Origin: Nageia nagi
Lineage: Eukaryota; Plantae; Pinophyta
Length of the DNA: 64,000 nt
Assembly (NCBI GenBank): GCA_050084985.1
Contig: JBITNC010000001.1
Coordinates: forward strand, 94,302,001 to 94,366,000
Reading direction: 5' to 3'
The position numbers were made by a program, and so were the translations under genes. The number at the start of each line of letters is the position of its first letter. Position 1 is the first letter of the stretch. The notes below the pieces were generated by a model. The model searched no databases. It saw only the letters and a list, made by a program, of their open reading frames with translations, and was not told where the DNA came from. Below are positions 52,301 through 64,000 of the stretch, piece after piece.

Positions 52301-55300
52301 TAGAGACGACCATACACCCCCAACATATGACTATGTCACTATACAACCTCAAAACAATTTAAAAAAGAAACAAAAAATCAAACTTAAAAAAAGTGTGTGG
52401 GGAGCCCCCCCTCCTTTACACATGAAACACTTCAATTTTTACTTCAAGACAAAAGCATAATGGTGAATTAAGTTCACTAATTTGACACTTGACACTTGAG
52501 CTTGGAGGGAAGAGAACACAATTGTCTTTTGGCTTGGAGATACTTGGGGGCTTGTTAGCAAACATTTGGAGCATACAAGTTTGAGGCAGGAGCTGTATTT
52601 TATTTTTTCCCCATATGTTTTCATCCTCTAAACTTGTATATATCTGATTTTTTTTTTTTTAATTTTATTCAATAAATTCAAAAACCTAGAAAAATGAGCA
52701 TTGACAACTATGAGGAGTTTAGTGATGAGGGAGATATACATAGTGAAATGGGTGGTGGAATAGGGGTTGGTGGATTTTTTTCATTCCATGAAACTGAAAC
52801 TGGAATTGAAAACCAAAGGAAAATTTTCATTATCCATTTTGAATGCCTATCACAATATCAAAAACATATGCAAAGGGACCACACCAAGATGCCAAATCCT
52901 TGATGCACTTTGTAACAAGGTAGGATAAGGGAACAAGTACAAACTCAAAGAGAGTGGAAAACAAGAGCATATGTTTTCAATGATTATTATTTGAAATGTA
53001 ATGACAACTACACTAGGATTTGTGCTCACCTTTTGCGGATGTCGTGCGGTTGTGTGAAACGGTTGAAATGACAAAACTGTACATCAAAAGGAAAACAAAT
53101 CATAGACGATTTGCAAGACCCTCAAATTTTAATGCCACAAACTCACGACACATGAACTATTTTCTATTTTAGTGTTTAGATCTGATTATAGTTTCATATG
53201 TTTGGACTTTTGTTTAATGTTTTAAATGATATAATTATGATTCAGGGATTCATTTCATAAGAATATTTAAAATCAGAAATCTTATATTTATAATATAATA
53301 TATTATATTCATGTTTGAGACACTACGAATATTGATTTCTGAATACCATATTGAAATTTTTTCATTTATTTCTTGAAAACCTCATGAAGTTACCTATATA
53401 AATGTATATTACTTTTTTTTTCATAAATTTTAATATTGTTAACTAGGAAAAAGCACGAATTATCCTTTAGATTTCAGAATTGCTAAATGATGCCCTAGTT
53501 TATGAATTCCAACTTCAAAATCAATCTCATTCATATACTTCTATTCACCAATTATTTCAGATTTAAACAAATCATGCCCTAATTTAAAATCTGAAACAAA
53601 TACTGAAAATGTATGCACATGAGCCACAAAAATCAGAATTGAGTACCAATCATCACCCAGTACCAAAATGAACAAGTTCAAACTACCAATGAGCAAATAT
53701 GTTACTCAAGAATACCTCTAAGATTAGGCAAACTCCTTGGAAGGCTAAAGAAGAGTGCAAGATGCACCAAGATGCCTCCTATAGAAGTGTGCTGCTCCAC
53801 TCCAAGTCTCCTAAAATTGCAATCTTGATGCTGAAGTATCTCAAACATGCCTTCAATGAGAGACTTGGGGTTTTTCGTCCCTAAGCCTTGAAAACGAAGG
53901 GGTCTTTCATCCCCAAGGTCTCTTCTAAGGGTTTTCGTCCTTAGAAGGAGAAGAATGTTGTTACCAGCCGCTCCTCGAAGAAGAAGAAGATGTGATGTCA
54001 AATGATGCCTTGCCACTGAAATCCTCATGTATAAATACACAAAATTGCTCATCAAACATGTCCTGGCCGACTTTGTCTTGGGAGAAAACATCATTTACAT
54101 GGCCGACTTTCCCTGGGATAAAAAAATGTGAATTTCTGCATGTGCAATATGGTCCAGGAGGCGATTTTCAAAATGCAATATCTCTTCCGTTTCTTGATGA
54201 AACCATATCATGTAACCTGTCAAAACGAATGACAGGAGATTCTCTATCCATTTTAGAAGACAAATCAGCAATCCATGGCTTGTGGCGAAAGTTATGTGTT
54301 TTATAAGATCTCTCAAACTTGGGGACATTACATGGGAGTACAAGTTACATATTATTACATCCAAGGGCATGTGACAATGTCAAAAATGTATCAGAAGGCA
54401 TGTGACAATGCCAAAAATATCAAAAACACTCCTAAGTACTAAAAGATCATAAAGAAGAGGGACGTCCCACTCCATGTGACCGCAAAATTGAGTGAGATGC
54501 CAAAATGAGGACACTACATTGTTGTCCCCCAACTGAACCCAAAATCCTGCCAAATCCCAGCCATCTCCTCAACGTGACTGTTTCCATTCCTGAAACTTCA
54601 GGGAACTTAGCTATTAACATATTATCAAATATGTTAATGTAATAAGGAATAATGAAAAATCTCAATGAACTGGTTGAAATGTAGGATAATAAATTTGTAC
54701 CTCATGTGTCTAAGTTAGATCAAATGAAGGTAATGTTGTACTCTTTTTTTTTTTCAAATACAACATAATATTAGAGACTTTTAAGTGAGCCATGCGATGT
54801 GTTTGCTTTGGGCATGGTTGACACTCTTAAATTCTGTTTATCCATGCTGGTTTTTCAAGTATAAGATTTTAATAGCTTTTGCATAAAAGTTTGTGAAATT
54901 GGATGCTCATTTATACTTCTTGAGTACTGATGTGCCAGGAAATTTGGATAATAGAGGAGATAGCTAATCTAGAAAAGGACACTGGCTTTAAGCTTAGAGT
55001 TCTTGCTCAAAATTATCCTGAAACTCCAGGTATGAGGTGAAAACAAGTGGATGATTTTGAGTTGGCAATGTATTAGATAGAATATTACATTGTGTAATTG
55101 TTTTTCTGCATTCCTATTGAGTATTTCTAACATTTTTGTTGTGATATGCAGGGTTGGCTATCAAAGATTTTTGGCAAGTTGATGATAACACGGTAGTATT
55201 TGTTGCAGATCCTACATTTGGTATGCCTTCATTTGCAAAGATAAATCTATTTATTTGTAACTTTGGGATACCTGCTGGCTTGTTTACAAGCACATAAAAA

Positions 55301-56159
55301 TTCCTATTATTTGAATGGTCAAAATATATATCCAATCTTCAAGTGTAGTAAGAAGCAGGTGTAATTAGATCTTGATTCTTGTAAAGCTTTGAGCACTGAT
55401 GACCAACTCTTAATATGAAGTGCTGAGTATGATGACAAGCTCCTAATATAAAGTTTAATAGTTGTCCTAAATATATCATCTGAAAATTTGGGATGGCTGA
55501 CACATGATTCATCCTTTTCAGAGATCAAGTTCAAATATGTTTGTGTGTTATTTACAGGAAACATATTGAACTTCAACGTTGGAGCCTCAGTTGATTTGGA
55601 TGTTCCTCGCAGCTTTTGGAGTAGGCTAGCTGGAAAATATGGAAACATATTTTACTGGAGAGAAAAGGTGAGAGTGTGATCTGGGAATTCAATAAATATT
55701 TTAAACATATTTGTGGGACCTCTAGACGAGTATGAATATAAATTTTCTTGATTAATTGAAATATGTACAAAACTCTTTCAGTGCATTAGTTATTTATAAT
55801 TTTTGACTTCAGCTTCAATTTTTCATATTAATTACACAGTTGCCATGATTGAGATTTTTTAAAACAATAAAGCTGTCCTTCTATTGATGAATTATGTTAC
55901 TTCGACATTTTTGAATTTTCTGTGTGGTAGACTTCTCTGCTTTAGAATTTTCATTTTACATGATAATTTACTTTTTGACAGGGAATTTTGAACTAGAAAT
56001 TTTATATCTTTGTAAGCATTAATTTGCTTCCTAAAATTGCTATCTTTGCAACAAATGACTGCACAGGGAGAGGATGCATCTATAGAAGCTGCAGTTTCAG
56101 CAATCGGTACTTGCTTGAGGGAGCCTGTTGGACGAAACACCTGTTCTGAGATCAGATAA
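43076..56159 (+). CDS. TPM-domain thylakoid lumenal 15.0 kDa protein 2-like (At5g52970 homologue), 6 exons, 234 aa
   Basis: join(43076..43310,44306..44412,54939..55029,55152..55220,55558..55667,56067..56159) = 705 nt; all introns GT-AG and in phase. Bipartite transit peptide ending AVA; GVNRPEMLPKEFTPVIDVAGFLS, KDTGFKLRVLAQNYPETPG, FWSRLAGKYGN, GEDASIEAAV..CLREP. Confidence 0.93.
44306..44412 (+). CDS. TPM gene exon 2
   Basis: TAG|GGCTTGGA..CAG|GTGAGC; GLGSAVAAMEGVNRPEMLPKEFTPVIDVAGFLSPSQ. Confidence 0.92.
45453..46350 (-). mobile_element. Chromoviral-type Ty3/gypsy 3' LTR with PPT (intron 2)
   Basis: Minus strand reads GAGGACAAG..GGGAGGGGTGGGAT|TGTAATGTCCCC with the LTR starting at 46319. 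Homologous to 53442-54518. The left end at 45453 is tentative. Confidence 0.75.
46590..48250 (-). mobile_element. hAT DNA transposon 5' remnant (BED finger + DUF659-like)
   Basis: LCHFCKTKFQ*GYTRIESHLTG..GVRGC (BED) and HGLPFHLANSSYVKEAF..GPSHHKLRTTHLD (DUF659); GGGAC/GGGGATG subterminal repeats at 47930-48245. Confidence 0.8.
48460..49219 (+). pseudogene. Intronless fragment of LIN/CERBERUS-like (At3g06880-type) ARM/WD40 E3-ligase-like gene
   Basis: PLVAGLLLQLDML..SIFREEAVE, LANLVGRF..EPFTIVWL, FEALKQGLKSK..VARDCLITVAWLG, PGIELEERVLASLSLYDY..GMQQL..TWTSEEL; stops and frameshifts. Confidence 0.8.
49220..49505 (+). pseudogene. ACX1: Intronless fragment of peroxisomal acyl-CoA oxidase 1
   Basis: CSSGLPKLFVVYVPACTYEGGNTILLFQVVRFLMKT..AYLGRVKHLM..AEDWLKPSVLL*AFEAR (ACX TYEGDN-type motif). 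Confidence 0.88.
49510..50612 (+). mobile_element. Chromovirus 3' end: chromodomain remnant, PPT and 3' LTR
   Basis: PEAVVETQKKKLINKVIIKDLVQ*K, LEDKQF, PPT GGAAGGGGTGGA; LTR 49654 (TGTAATGTCCC) to 50612 (CTATTACA). Confidence 0.8.
50800..51950 (-). mobile_element. Possible very old hAT (Ac-like) transposase fossil
   Basis: Faint motif-like remnants in the expected order (ATWI ~ TAHWI, RWN, DDNW..PFE); highly degenerate. Confidence 0.25.
52000..53150 (+). mobile_element. hAT 5' remnant (TIR-like end, subterminal repeats, BED finger)
   Basis: CAGTGTTTCAAGGGG at 52000, GTCCCCGTCCC repeats, YTRICAHLL..GC BED-like segment at ~53010-53060. Confidence 0.6.
53442..54518 (-). mobile_element. Second copy of the 45453-46319 LTR family, with an embedded extra LTR start
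   Basis: Collinear homology to 45570-46319; minus-strand LTR starts at 54518 (TGTAGTGTCC) and 54332 (TGTAATGTCCCC). Confidence 0.75.
54939..55029 (+). CDS. TPM gene exon 3
   Basis: CAG|GAAATT..CCAG|GTATGA; EIWIIEEIANLEKDTGFKLRVLAQNYPETP. Confidence 0.92.
55152..55220 (+). CDS. TPM gene exon 4
   Basis: GLAIKDFWQVDDNTVVFVADPTF, AG/GT bounded. Confidence 0.92.
55558..55667 (+). CDS. TPM gene exon 5
   Basis: GNILNFNVGASVDLDVPRSFWSRLAGKYGNIFYWREK, AG/GT bounded. Confidence 0.92.
56067..56159 (+). CDS. TPM gene exon 6
   Basis: GEDASIEAAVSAIGTCLREPVGRNTCSEIR-stop (TAA at 56157-56159). Confidence 0.92.
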   Translation, partial: GEDASIEAAVSAIGTCLREPVGRNTCSEIR

Positions 56160-56829
56160 AGCTCATATTCCATTTTTACTCTCATTTCAGTGGATAATAG
56201 ACTTTGATAAGATCTCGTCAATGGGGTTAGTAGAAAAAAATATATTACATGACCTCCAGGGATTTATTTTTTATCACAAGTATTCTCTCACTTAATATAT
56301 TCTGTTTTCTTCCATTTTGATGTTCTGCTATATTTAAGGCATACATATATTTTTTCTTTTTTAGATTTTTTGATATAAGTTATACTAATTTACATTGTCA
56401 TGCTTCTCATAGCCTATCTCAAAAGCATGGTGTGATATGTATGTGTCTCAAGAAAATTTCAATGGTAAGTCAATACATAAGGAAATCAAGTACCATATCT
56501 GCACAAGATTTAGTGGTATCCAAGATGAGTCTCTTATCTTTTGAAAGAGAATCCTAGAATTTGATTTATACAGCAGAAGCGTGAGATGTACACCAGTTTC
56601 AAATTTACAACTACCATAAGAAAAGGTTTATAAACAGTTAAGCTATAGATCCATTGTTGATTTTTATTGGAAGAACTTTGCATCTTGTTTGCAACTTATG
56701 GAACAATAAGTTTGAGATGGTATGGCTAAGAAAGTAGTGACAAGTGGACAATTGGATTACCATATAGTTCCATTGAATAAACTCCAAGCTGAGCGTGGAT
56801 CAATACTGGCATTTGCATCTACTTAGCAA

Positions 56830-57410
56830 ATTTGGATAATTACAAAATTTGTACTTTTTATAGCGATATAATACAAGTAACTTTTAAGTGAGTAAAGTCA
56901 TCGTAATTTCAAACATGGTTCCCAATTTCCATAGAAATGTTTATTCTCTAGAACTGGTCCATCAGTAGAGCAATAGGGGTATACATTTAACATACTTCTG
57001 ATAGTGAGATAAATAATGTTACTAAGGTGATATGCTTAAGGTCGACTACACACCAGATTGTCCTAATGATTAATAAATTATATGCATATGTTGATGAGAT
57101 GATCAACATTGTTAACAAGATTAGTTTGGTGGTGCTTTGTTCAAGATCAATACATTTCAGTTTTCAAGGAGAAATCCATGAGTATACGGAAGGCATTGCG
57201 ATGGGGTGCCCATTGTCACATATTTTAGCCTATCTTTGGACGTAATACTTTGAGAATAAGGCTTTGGAGTGTTGCCGACTTGAACATGTCTGTTGGTTTA
57301 GGTACGTAAGACACTGTAGTTTCAAACTGGCACCATTGCAGAAGAGACTTGTTTTTTTATCATCTTACTACTCTTCCAGAACAGATTACATTCACAATTG
57401 AAGACATACT
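56830..57410 (+). mobile_element. Penelope-like element (PLE) reverse transcriptase fossil
   Basis: HFSFQGEIHEYTEGIAMGCPLSHILAYLWT*YFENKALE..VCWFRYV and FFYHLTTLPEQITFTIE match the PLE RT pattern F.F.G..Y.Q..G.AMGSPLSP..ANL.ME.FE..AL..W.RYVDD..FL.HLN....I.FT.E. Confidence 0.8.
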
Positions 57411-57826
57411 GAATTGCACCTTTAAGTTGATCATCACCATCATACTAACAATAAAGTTGGTATTTAAAACACCTTGGAAACTAGGGCTTGTAGAGTCTCA
57501 TATAAAGAGCACATTGAAATTGAAAAACTATCATAAGTTTCTTACTGAGAACGGTTGTAAGGAAAAGAAAATACTATGTCTAAGGTCCTTCGGAAATAAT
57601 TTTAAAAACGTTGAGGAGATACAATGTTGGTACTATTTTGCAGGCCTTAATAGAATAGTTTTAGATATTTTAAAATAGGCCCTAATATCTAGAAGGATGT
57701 TTGCCTTCACTATGGTCTTGCAGAAGATCTTGCCTAGTAGAGTAACGAGGAAAAGGTTCATAGAACATTCCTCAAATATTTTTCACAACCATGTGGCCAA
57801 ACCTGTCATAGCAAAGTACCAAGATT

Positions 57827-58096
57827 ATAGCTATGGATGATAACTAAATTAATGAAAAATTGGAAAACCTGTATACATTTATGTATTCACTGTTTTAAAT
57901 TTATATATTCGTTGTTTTTAATTTTTTTTATACATTTGTTATAAACGTTAATTTCTAAATTATTATATTATCAACAACAAAATAGTTTATAATATATATT
58001 ATTGATAATATAATAATTTTGGGTAATAGTTTCTAAATTACTCGAAAATGATATCTCTCGATATTTTTTGATATATAAGGAGTTATATCAAAGCTA
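57827..58096. mobile_element. Second member of the 42258 MITE family (right TIR clear, left TIR degenerate)
   Basis: CTCGAAAATGATATCTCTCGATATTTTTTGATATATAAGGAGTTATATCAAAGCTA at 58042-58096. Confidence 0.55.
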
Positions 58097-58469
58097 TGTT
58101 CCTAGTTTTCTTTTCTTAAGTATCTACTTTATGTTTTCTATTTTTCTCATACACATAATTGATTACTTTATATTAATTATTTTTTAAAGTCTTTGAATCG
58201 TTAATTTATTTTTAAATTGAGATGACCCTTTCATCTTACACATTGTTTTTGATTATTTCTCGATGTATAGGATAAATCTTTGATATATAGATGAGAATAG
58301 TACTTATCATGGATATGAAAAATAGATCAATAAAATATTATTGCTCTAAGAAAAGAAATTGGGTATGCATTTCACATGGTGTATGGAGCTCAATCAAGCT
58401 ATGCCCTCCAACCTTTATTATTTAAAAAATTTTCCTATGGTATTGTAGATCAATATATTAACACCATTT

Positions 58470-60435
58470 AATTTGAAAATTTAATATTAATGTTCATAGA
58501 TGACCAAAAAAAATAAATGGGATTGATGAAGATTACATATAAGAGGAACAAAGGAGTGCTTAAATTGACTCTAATGAGTAAGAATGAAGAAGAGAATAAA
58601 AAAATAGCAATAGAAGTTTCCATAATGCTACATTTAACAAGCTAGCCTATAACAATAGGAGTTGGTATGTAAAGATAGGAGGCTTCCCTAATATTCTAGG
58701 TCAAAAAGAAGCTCGTAATGTTGCAATCAAAAGGAGTAACCCTAGTGGATTTACTAGTAACATCATGATGGATAGCCCTTCTAGAGTCTTCAAGAAGCAT
58801 GGTGTGCTTTTGGTTCTTAATCTTTTGCAGTTGGAAAAAAGATGTGATAAATATGGGACCAATCGTGCACCTTGATCTACTAATAACTTTGTTGTTTGAG
58901 ACATAAGGATTCTCAAGTATAAAGTGTAAGGCATTTTTGGTTTTCATATTTCATCCAAGTCTTAAAGTATGGATACCTTTGAATGAACATGGTACCAACC
59001 ACAAATCTTATACTTAATAGGGTAGATGAATATAATGTGGTCTTCAAATTCTGGTTCTATATTGCATATTTTGCAAATATGTGGCCTTTAGGGGTATGGC
59101 AATCTATCTCAATATGGAGCTAGTGTGAGCAAATCGTCATTTGACCGAAAGGGAATCATCCAAATCATATCTATAGTTTGATGTACTTAGCAATGCTTGT
59201 AACATCATTCTCCAGTCTCATGCAAATTTGAAGATAATGTAAGAGCTCTAGAGAAAGTATTTCTTTCGATTCAAGCCAAGTCCTTAAGCAAGCCAAATAT
59301 ATTTCCTACCTAATGCTTTTGTTAATGTTATTGGAAAAAAGACTAGAGGTCTTATCTAAGAGTTGGGAGGGAGGTAGTCTATCAATGTGTAGGCCTATGG
59401 ATCTTTGGAGAGACATGGTCTTTGAGGACCAACATCAACATATACCTTTATTTGCAAGTTGCATTGAGGATTTGAGAGCTAAGAGAAAGAAAGAAATTAT
59501 ATTAATGTTCACAGATGACCAAAAGCGGTCAATGGGATTGAAGGGTATACAATTCTAAAGTAGCATGAAGGGCTCAATGGCCCTCACTCAAATCAAACTA
59601 TGAAAAGTCTAAGAACAATATAGGGGCTAATCCTTAAAAGGAAATAAATAGTTGAACAAAGAAACATAATAAGCAAACATAGTCAAAGGGGAGATCTCAT
59701 GATCTTTCTGATTGTACACTCCTAGGTTGATCTGTGTCTGCATCGGCATTGTTGTAGCTAAAGAAGGTCGTGATCCATTGTGACCTCGTAGGCATGCACT
59801 CTCTATCTGGTACGTTGAGTATATCGAGGTGAGTCCTCAATCTCCTCCTAGAGGATGTCTCTTTGAGCCAAGATCTATTTCTATCATACAACATATTCTA
59901 TTTAATTAGCCAACAATATGGAATGTTGTAAATGTCAAAAAACTGTAGACATAAAATTTAGTTAGGATGATGGAATGAGGGACAAATCTTTTATCCTGAA
60001 TGGATTTTGAGAGCATATTGATCAAAACCCTCAATACAGACCCAAACAAAGTGTCTCAAATTGGGTCCCCAAATCTCACAACCATAAAGTAGAGTTGGAG
60101 AAACAAGTGCATGAAAGAGTTTGATTTTTGGCATAATATCCTTGAATTGGAGTTGGAAACATTATTTCTCCAAAGAGATAGATGCAACATAACCCTTATT
60201 CAATATGTTCTAAGAAGCTAAAAGTAAGCTAAGAGTAGGACTAGTGAAAAAACACCCAAACAAATGCATGAGGTGATTGTATTGATGACTTGCTCTTGAA
60301 AAGTAATATGGATTTTAGAAACATCTTCTTTTGACATATTAAAGGATACACCACCTTTGGTTTTTTTTTAAGACTAACTTCAAGACAATGTATATTATAA
60401 AATGTACTTGAGTGTCAAATTGATGTTGAAGCTTA
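58470..60435 (-). mobile_element. Non-LTR retrotransposon 3' portion, tandem copy 1
   Basis: Collinear homology to 60436-62420 with a period of ~1.97 kb; includes the end of the RT (EVSL..KV) and post-RT sequence. Confidence 0.75.
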
Positions 60436-63400
60436 GATATTGTATGAAATTTAATATTAATATCCAAAGATGCCAAAAACAATCAATGCGATTGTAGAAA
60501 AGTGCATTTACAAGGAGGTAGGTAGTGCTTATAGTAACTACAATGTTTAAGATTGAAAAGTAGACAAAAATAATAGGAGGCTTCATGGTGCCATATCCAA
60601 CAAGCTTGATTGTAGCAGTAAAAATCAATATGAAAAGAGTTAGGAGGCTCCCCTAACATTCAAGGTTAAAAAAAACAATCATAGGGAGTAACCCTAATGG
60701 GTTTAGTTGTAAAATGACAATGGGTAATCCTTCTAGAGTCATCAAGGATCATGGTGCGATTTTGGTCCATAACTTCGTGTGGTTGAAAAAAGGACGTGAT
60801 AAGTTTGGAGCTATATGTGCATCTATATCTACTAGTAATTAAGCTCAATTTAAGCTAAAAGGCTTCTCGAACATAGATTGCAATTCAGTTTTGATCTTCT
60901 TAGTTCATCCATGATTTCAAAGTATGCACATCGTTGAATAGACAATGATATTGACCACGAATCTCATAGTATATGGGGAAAATGTATATAAAATGTTCTT
61001 TAGATTCTAGTTCCATATTGTATAACTTGTAGTTACTCTGTTCTCTAAGGATGTGGTGATATGTCTCAATATGGAGTTGGTGTGTGAGCAAACCATCATC
61101 TGATAAAGAGGGAATTTGAGGCCATATGATATTTTGTAGTTTGATGTAATGAAGAATGACAATAACACTATTCTCCAAGTTCATGTAGACTTGAAGCTGA
61201 TGTAAGAGCTTTAGAGAAAGTGGTTCATTCAGTTCAATCCAAGTGGTCTTTAGGTAAGCCAAATATATTTCCTTCTTGACCCTTTTGTTGATATCTCTAG
61301 TAGAAAGATTAAAGGCTTGTCTAAGAGTTGGGAGGGAGGAAGTCTACTGATGTCTAGGCTTATGTATTGCAGGAGAGTAATGGCCTTTGAGTACCAACAC
61401 TAGCGAATACTCTTACTTGCAAGTTTGCATTAAGAATTTGAGAACTAAGAGAAAGAAAGGAAGAAATAAATTATATTAATGTCCATAGATGACCAAAAGC
61501 GATCAATGGGACTGAAGGGTATACAAGTCTAAAGCAGTATGAGGGGCTCAATGACCCTCACTCAAAGCAAACTATGAAAAGTCTAAGAACAATATAGGGG
61601 CTAATCTCTAAAAGGAAATAAATAGTTGAACAAAGAAACATAATAAGCAAACATAGTCAAAGAGGAGTTCTCTCATGATTTGTCTGACTGTGCACTTCTG
61701 GGTTGATTCTGTGTTTGCATCGGCGTTGTTGTAGCTGAAGAAGGTTGTGATCCGTTGCGACCTCATAGAACTAAGGTCAACATGCACCCTCTGTTTGGTA
61801 CATTGAGTAGGTCGTGGAGAGTCCTCAATCCTCCTCCTACGAACTCAACATCGCTTCAAATTAGGAGCCATCAATAATATACAATGAATTCTATTTAATA
61901 ACATGATGATATGACATATTGTAGATGTCAACTAGGGATTTGCATTGAATTCAACTAGGATGATGGCATGAGGGATATATCTTTTGGCTCGAATGGATCT
62001 TGAAAGCATATTGATAAAACACTCTTAATACGAGCCCAACTAGAGTTCCTCAAACCGTGCTCCCAAACATTGAATCCATAAAGTAGAGGTGGAGAAACAA
62101 ATGCATGGAAGAGTTTGATATTCTCCATGCTATCTTGAAACTAATGGTGGGGATATTGTCGCTCCAAAGAGATAGTTGCATCATAACCCTTTTTCAATAT
62201 GTTCTAAGAAGCTAGGATCAAGCTAAAAGTAGGACCTATGAAAAGAACACTTGAACATGTGTATGAAGTGACTATCTCAATAGGTTGCCCTTGAAAAATA
62301 AGATGGATTATGGAAGCAACTACTTTCGACATATTAAATGACATCACCTTTTCCTTTCTAAGATTAACTTCAAGACTATGTGTATTAGAAAACACGCTCA
62401 AATTATCAATATGATGTTGAAGCCCAATTGATGTATGAGCCAATAGAGTAATGTAATTTGCAAACAAAAAATGGAGACAAGGGAATCACACCGTAAATAA
62501 ACCACATTTGGGATTAAGGTGTTTGTGATCAAATACTCAAGTTCATCAATATAGAACCCAAATAGGGTAGGTGAGAGAGGGTAACTATATTTAACACCAA
62601 TTGTTCTACGAATAATACTTGATGGATAAGAGCCAATTCGAGCTTGACCAACAACCTATTCATATAAAGTCATGACAAGATATATGGCCCTCCAAAGATT
62701 CTTATATCATTAAGTATCTAAAATAATAGATGTTTAGGGACAATATCAAAGGTTTTACATAAGTCTACAAAGAAGTAATAAGCCTTCCATTTGTAAGCTT
62801 TGGCTTCTTAAGTAGTAACATAGAACATGAGGATGTGGTCAATTGGGTGGTAATTTCTACGAAAATCTACTTGTCTAGGTGCATGAAGATTGCATTTTTC
62901 AACAAAACTAGATATGAAGTCATTAAGAGTTGCGATGAAGAGCTTTGCTAATGTGTGGTTGACCATGAGTGTTCTATAGTTGCTAGGGTTTAGTGGGTCA
63001 CCAGATTTGTTGATGGAATGAATGGTATTGGAAGTCCAAGAAGGGGGAAACCCATGAGAAGCAATATCGGTGAAATTTTTAGCAATATGGATAAAGAAGA
63101 ATACATGACTATGCTCAATGAATTCAATACTTAGGTTTTTAGAGTTAACAACATTACCAATTTGGATTTTATAGATAACTTGCAAATCATCTTATTAGTG
63201 AAGAAATAACAAGGATATGATCATGGGTTGGGGATGATAAGAGCTTGTTTGAGATGTCATAGAGAAAAGAAGCACACATGAACTAGTCATGGATAAGTGA
63301 TATAACATGAGCAAGACCTAGCGAGAAAAAGATGCCAAAAGCTTTTCCAAACTTTTTGTATTTTTTTTAAGGAATAATAAAATCTTTGGGATTCTTTACA

Positions 63401-64000
63401 ATATAATGTTTAAGATGTATAATGGAATAACCAAACTTATGGAGGGACTTGCAATCATGTTCAAACCATGAATTATGGTCAATGGCCATAATTAGGGCAA
63501 GGGAAGGGGGAATTGATGCTATGGGGAAAGGATTTGATATCAAGTTGTCCATAATGCTTTAGAAAAATGATCTACATTCAAAATAGGTTCTTGTAAATGG
63601 TGAAGGTTAACAAGATGACATTTTGTATATATGTTATGGTTGAAGTGGATGTGGGTAGTAGTAGGACATGGAGAAAAGTTGTATATAAGGATGTGTTTGG
63701 TATGTGGTAGATTAAAGGTGAGGTAGGCATGATTAGATAAAGGTGGAGATCAGAGATGTTGGACTCAATTATGGAAAAGGCAAAAGGGAGACTAGCCATC
63801 ACATAATCAACCACACTAGTACCATTGATAAAAGAGAAATAAGTAGAATAACTTGACTTAGGAAATTGAGCAATACTATTTTAGATGATCAAATCACGTG
63901 TTTCACCCAATTTGAGCATGAGTCTCCCATAAGATGAGATATTTTTTATAGGATCATCTAACTATCGTATTAAGCCCTATAGATCAATTTTTGATTATCA
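60436..64000 (-). mobile_element. Non-LTR retrotransposon (LINE; EN-RT), decayed, runs off the window
   Basis: VDYVMAS (endonuclease), GFPPSWT..KSGDPLNPSNYRTLM..LAKLF, RQVDFR..IDHI, FANY (YADD-like)..GLQHHID..LEVNL. Confidence 0.85.

Noticed and set aside
45453-54518. One intact LTR element bounded by the two related minus-strand LTRs
   Set aside because: No matching TSD (GAATA vs TTGTT), no PBS, and the right copy is truncated and structurally different; could be independent insertions.

Overview
AT-rich, strongly CpG-depleted plant nuclear DNA. The gymnosperm-like origin is an inference from the TE lineages and the giant, TE-filled intron. The first ~40.4 kb is a stack of nested, decayed mobile elements: Ty1/copia family 'A' with two non-autonomous derivatives, a CRM-type Ty3/gypsy, Tat/Ogre-like LTRs, an L1 LINE and an endogenous caulimovirid. 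A CpG-rich island at ~41.3-43.4 kb holds two head-to-head genes. On the minus strand is a truncated, stop-interrupted 5' remnant of a plastid-targeted FO (8-HDF, deazaflavin) synthase with a CofG-type radical-SAM motif. On the plus strand is an intact 6-exon gene (43076-56159, 234 aa) for the TPM-domain thylakoid lumenal 15 kDa protein 2 (At5g52970-like). Its 10.5-kb intron 2 contains hAT remnants, chromoviral LTRs and a chimeric intronless LIN-like + acyl-CoA oxidase cDNA carried by a chromovirus 3' end. Downstream lie a Penelope-like RT fossil and tandemly duplicated LINE fragments. All identifications are by eye from motifs; no database searches were run.
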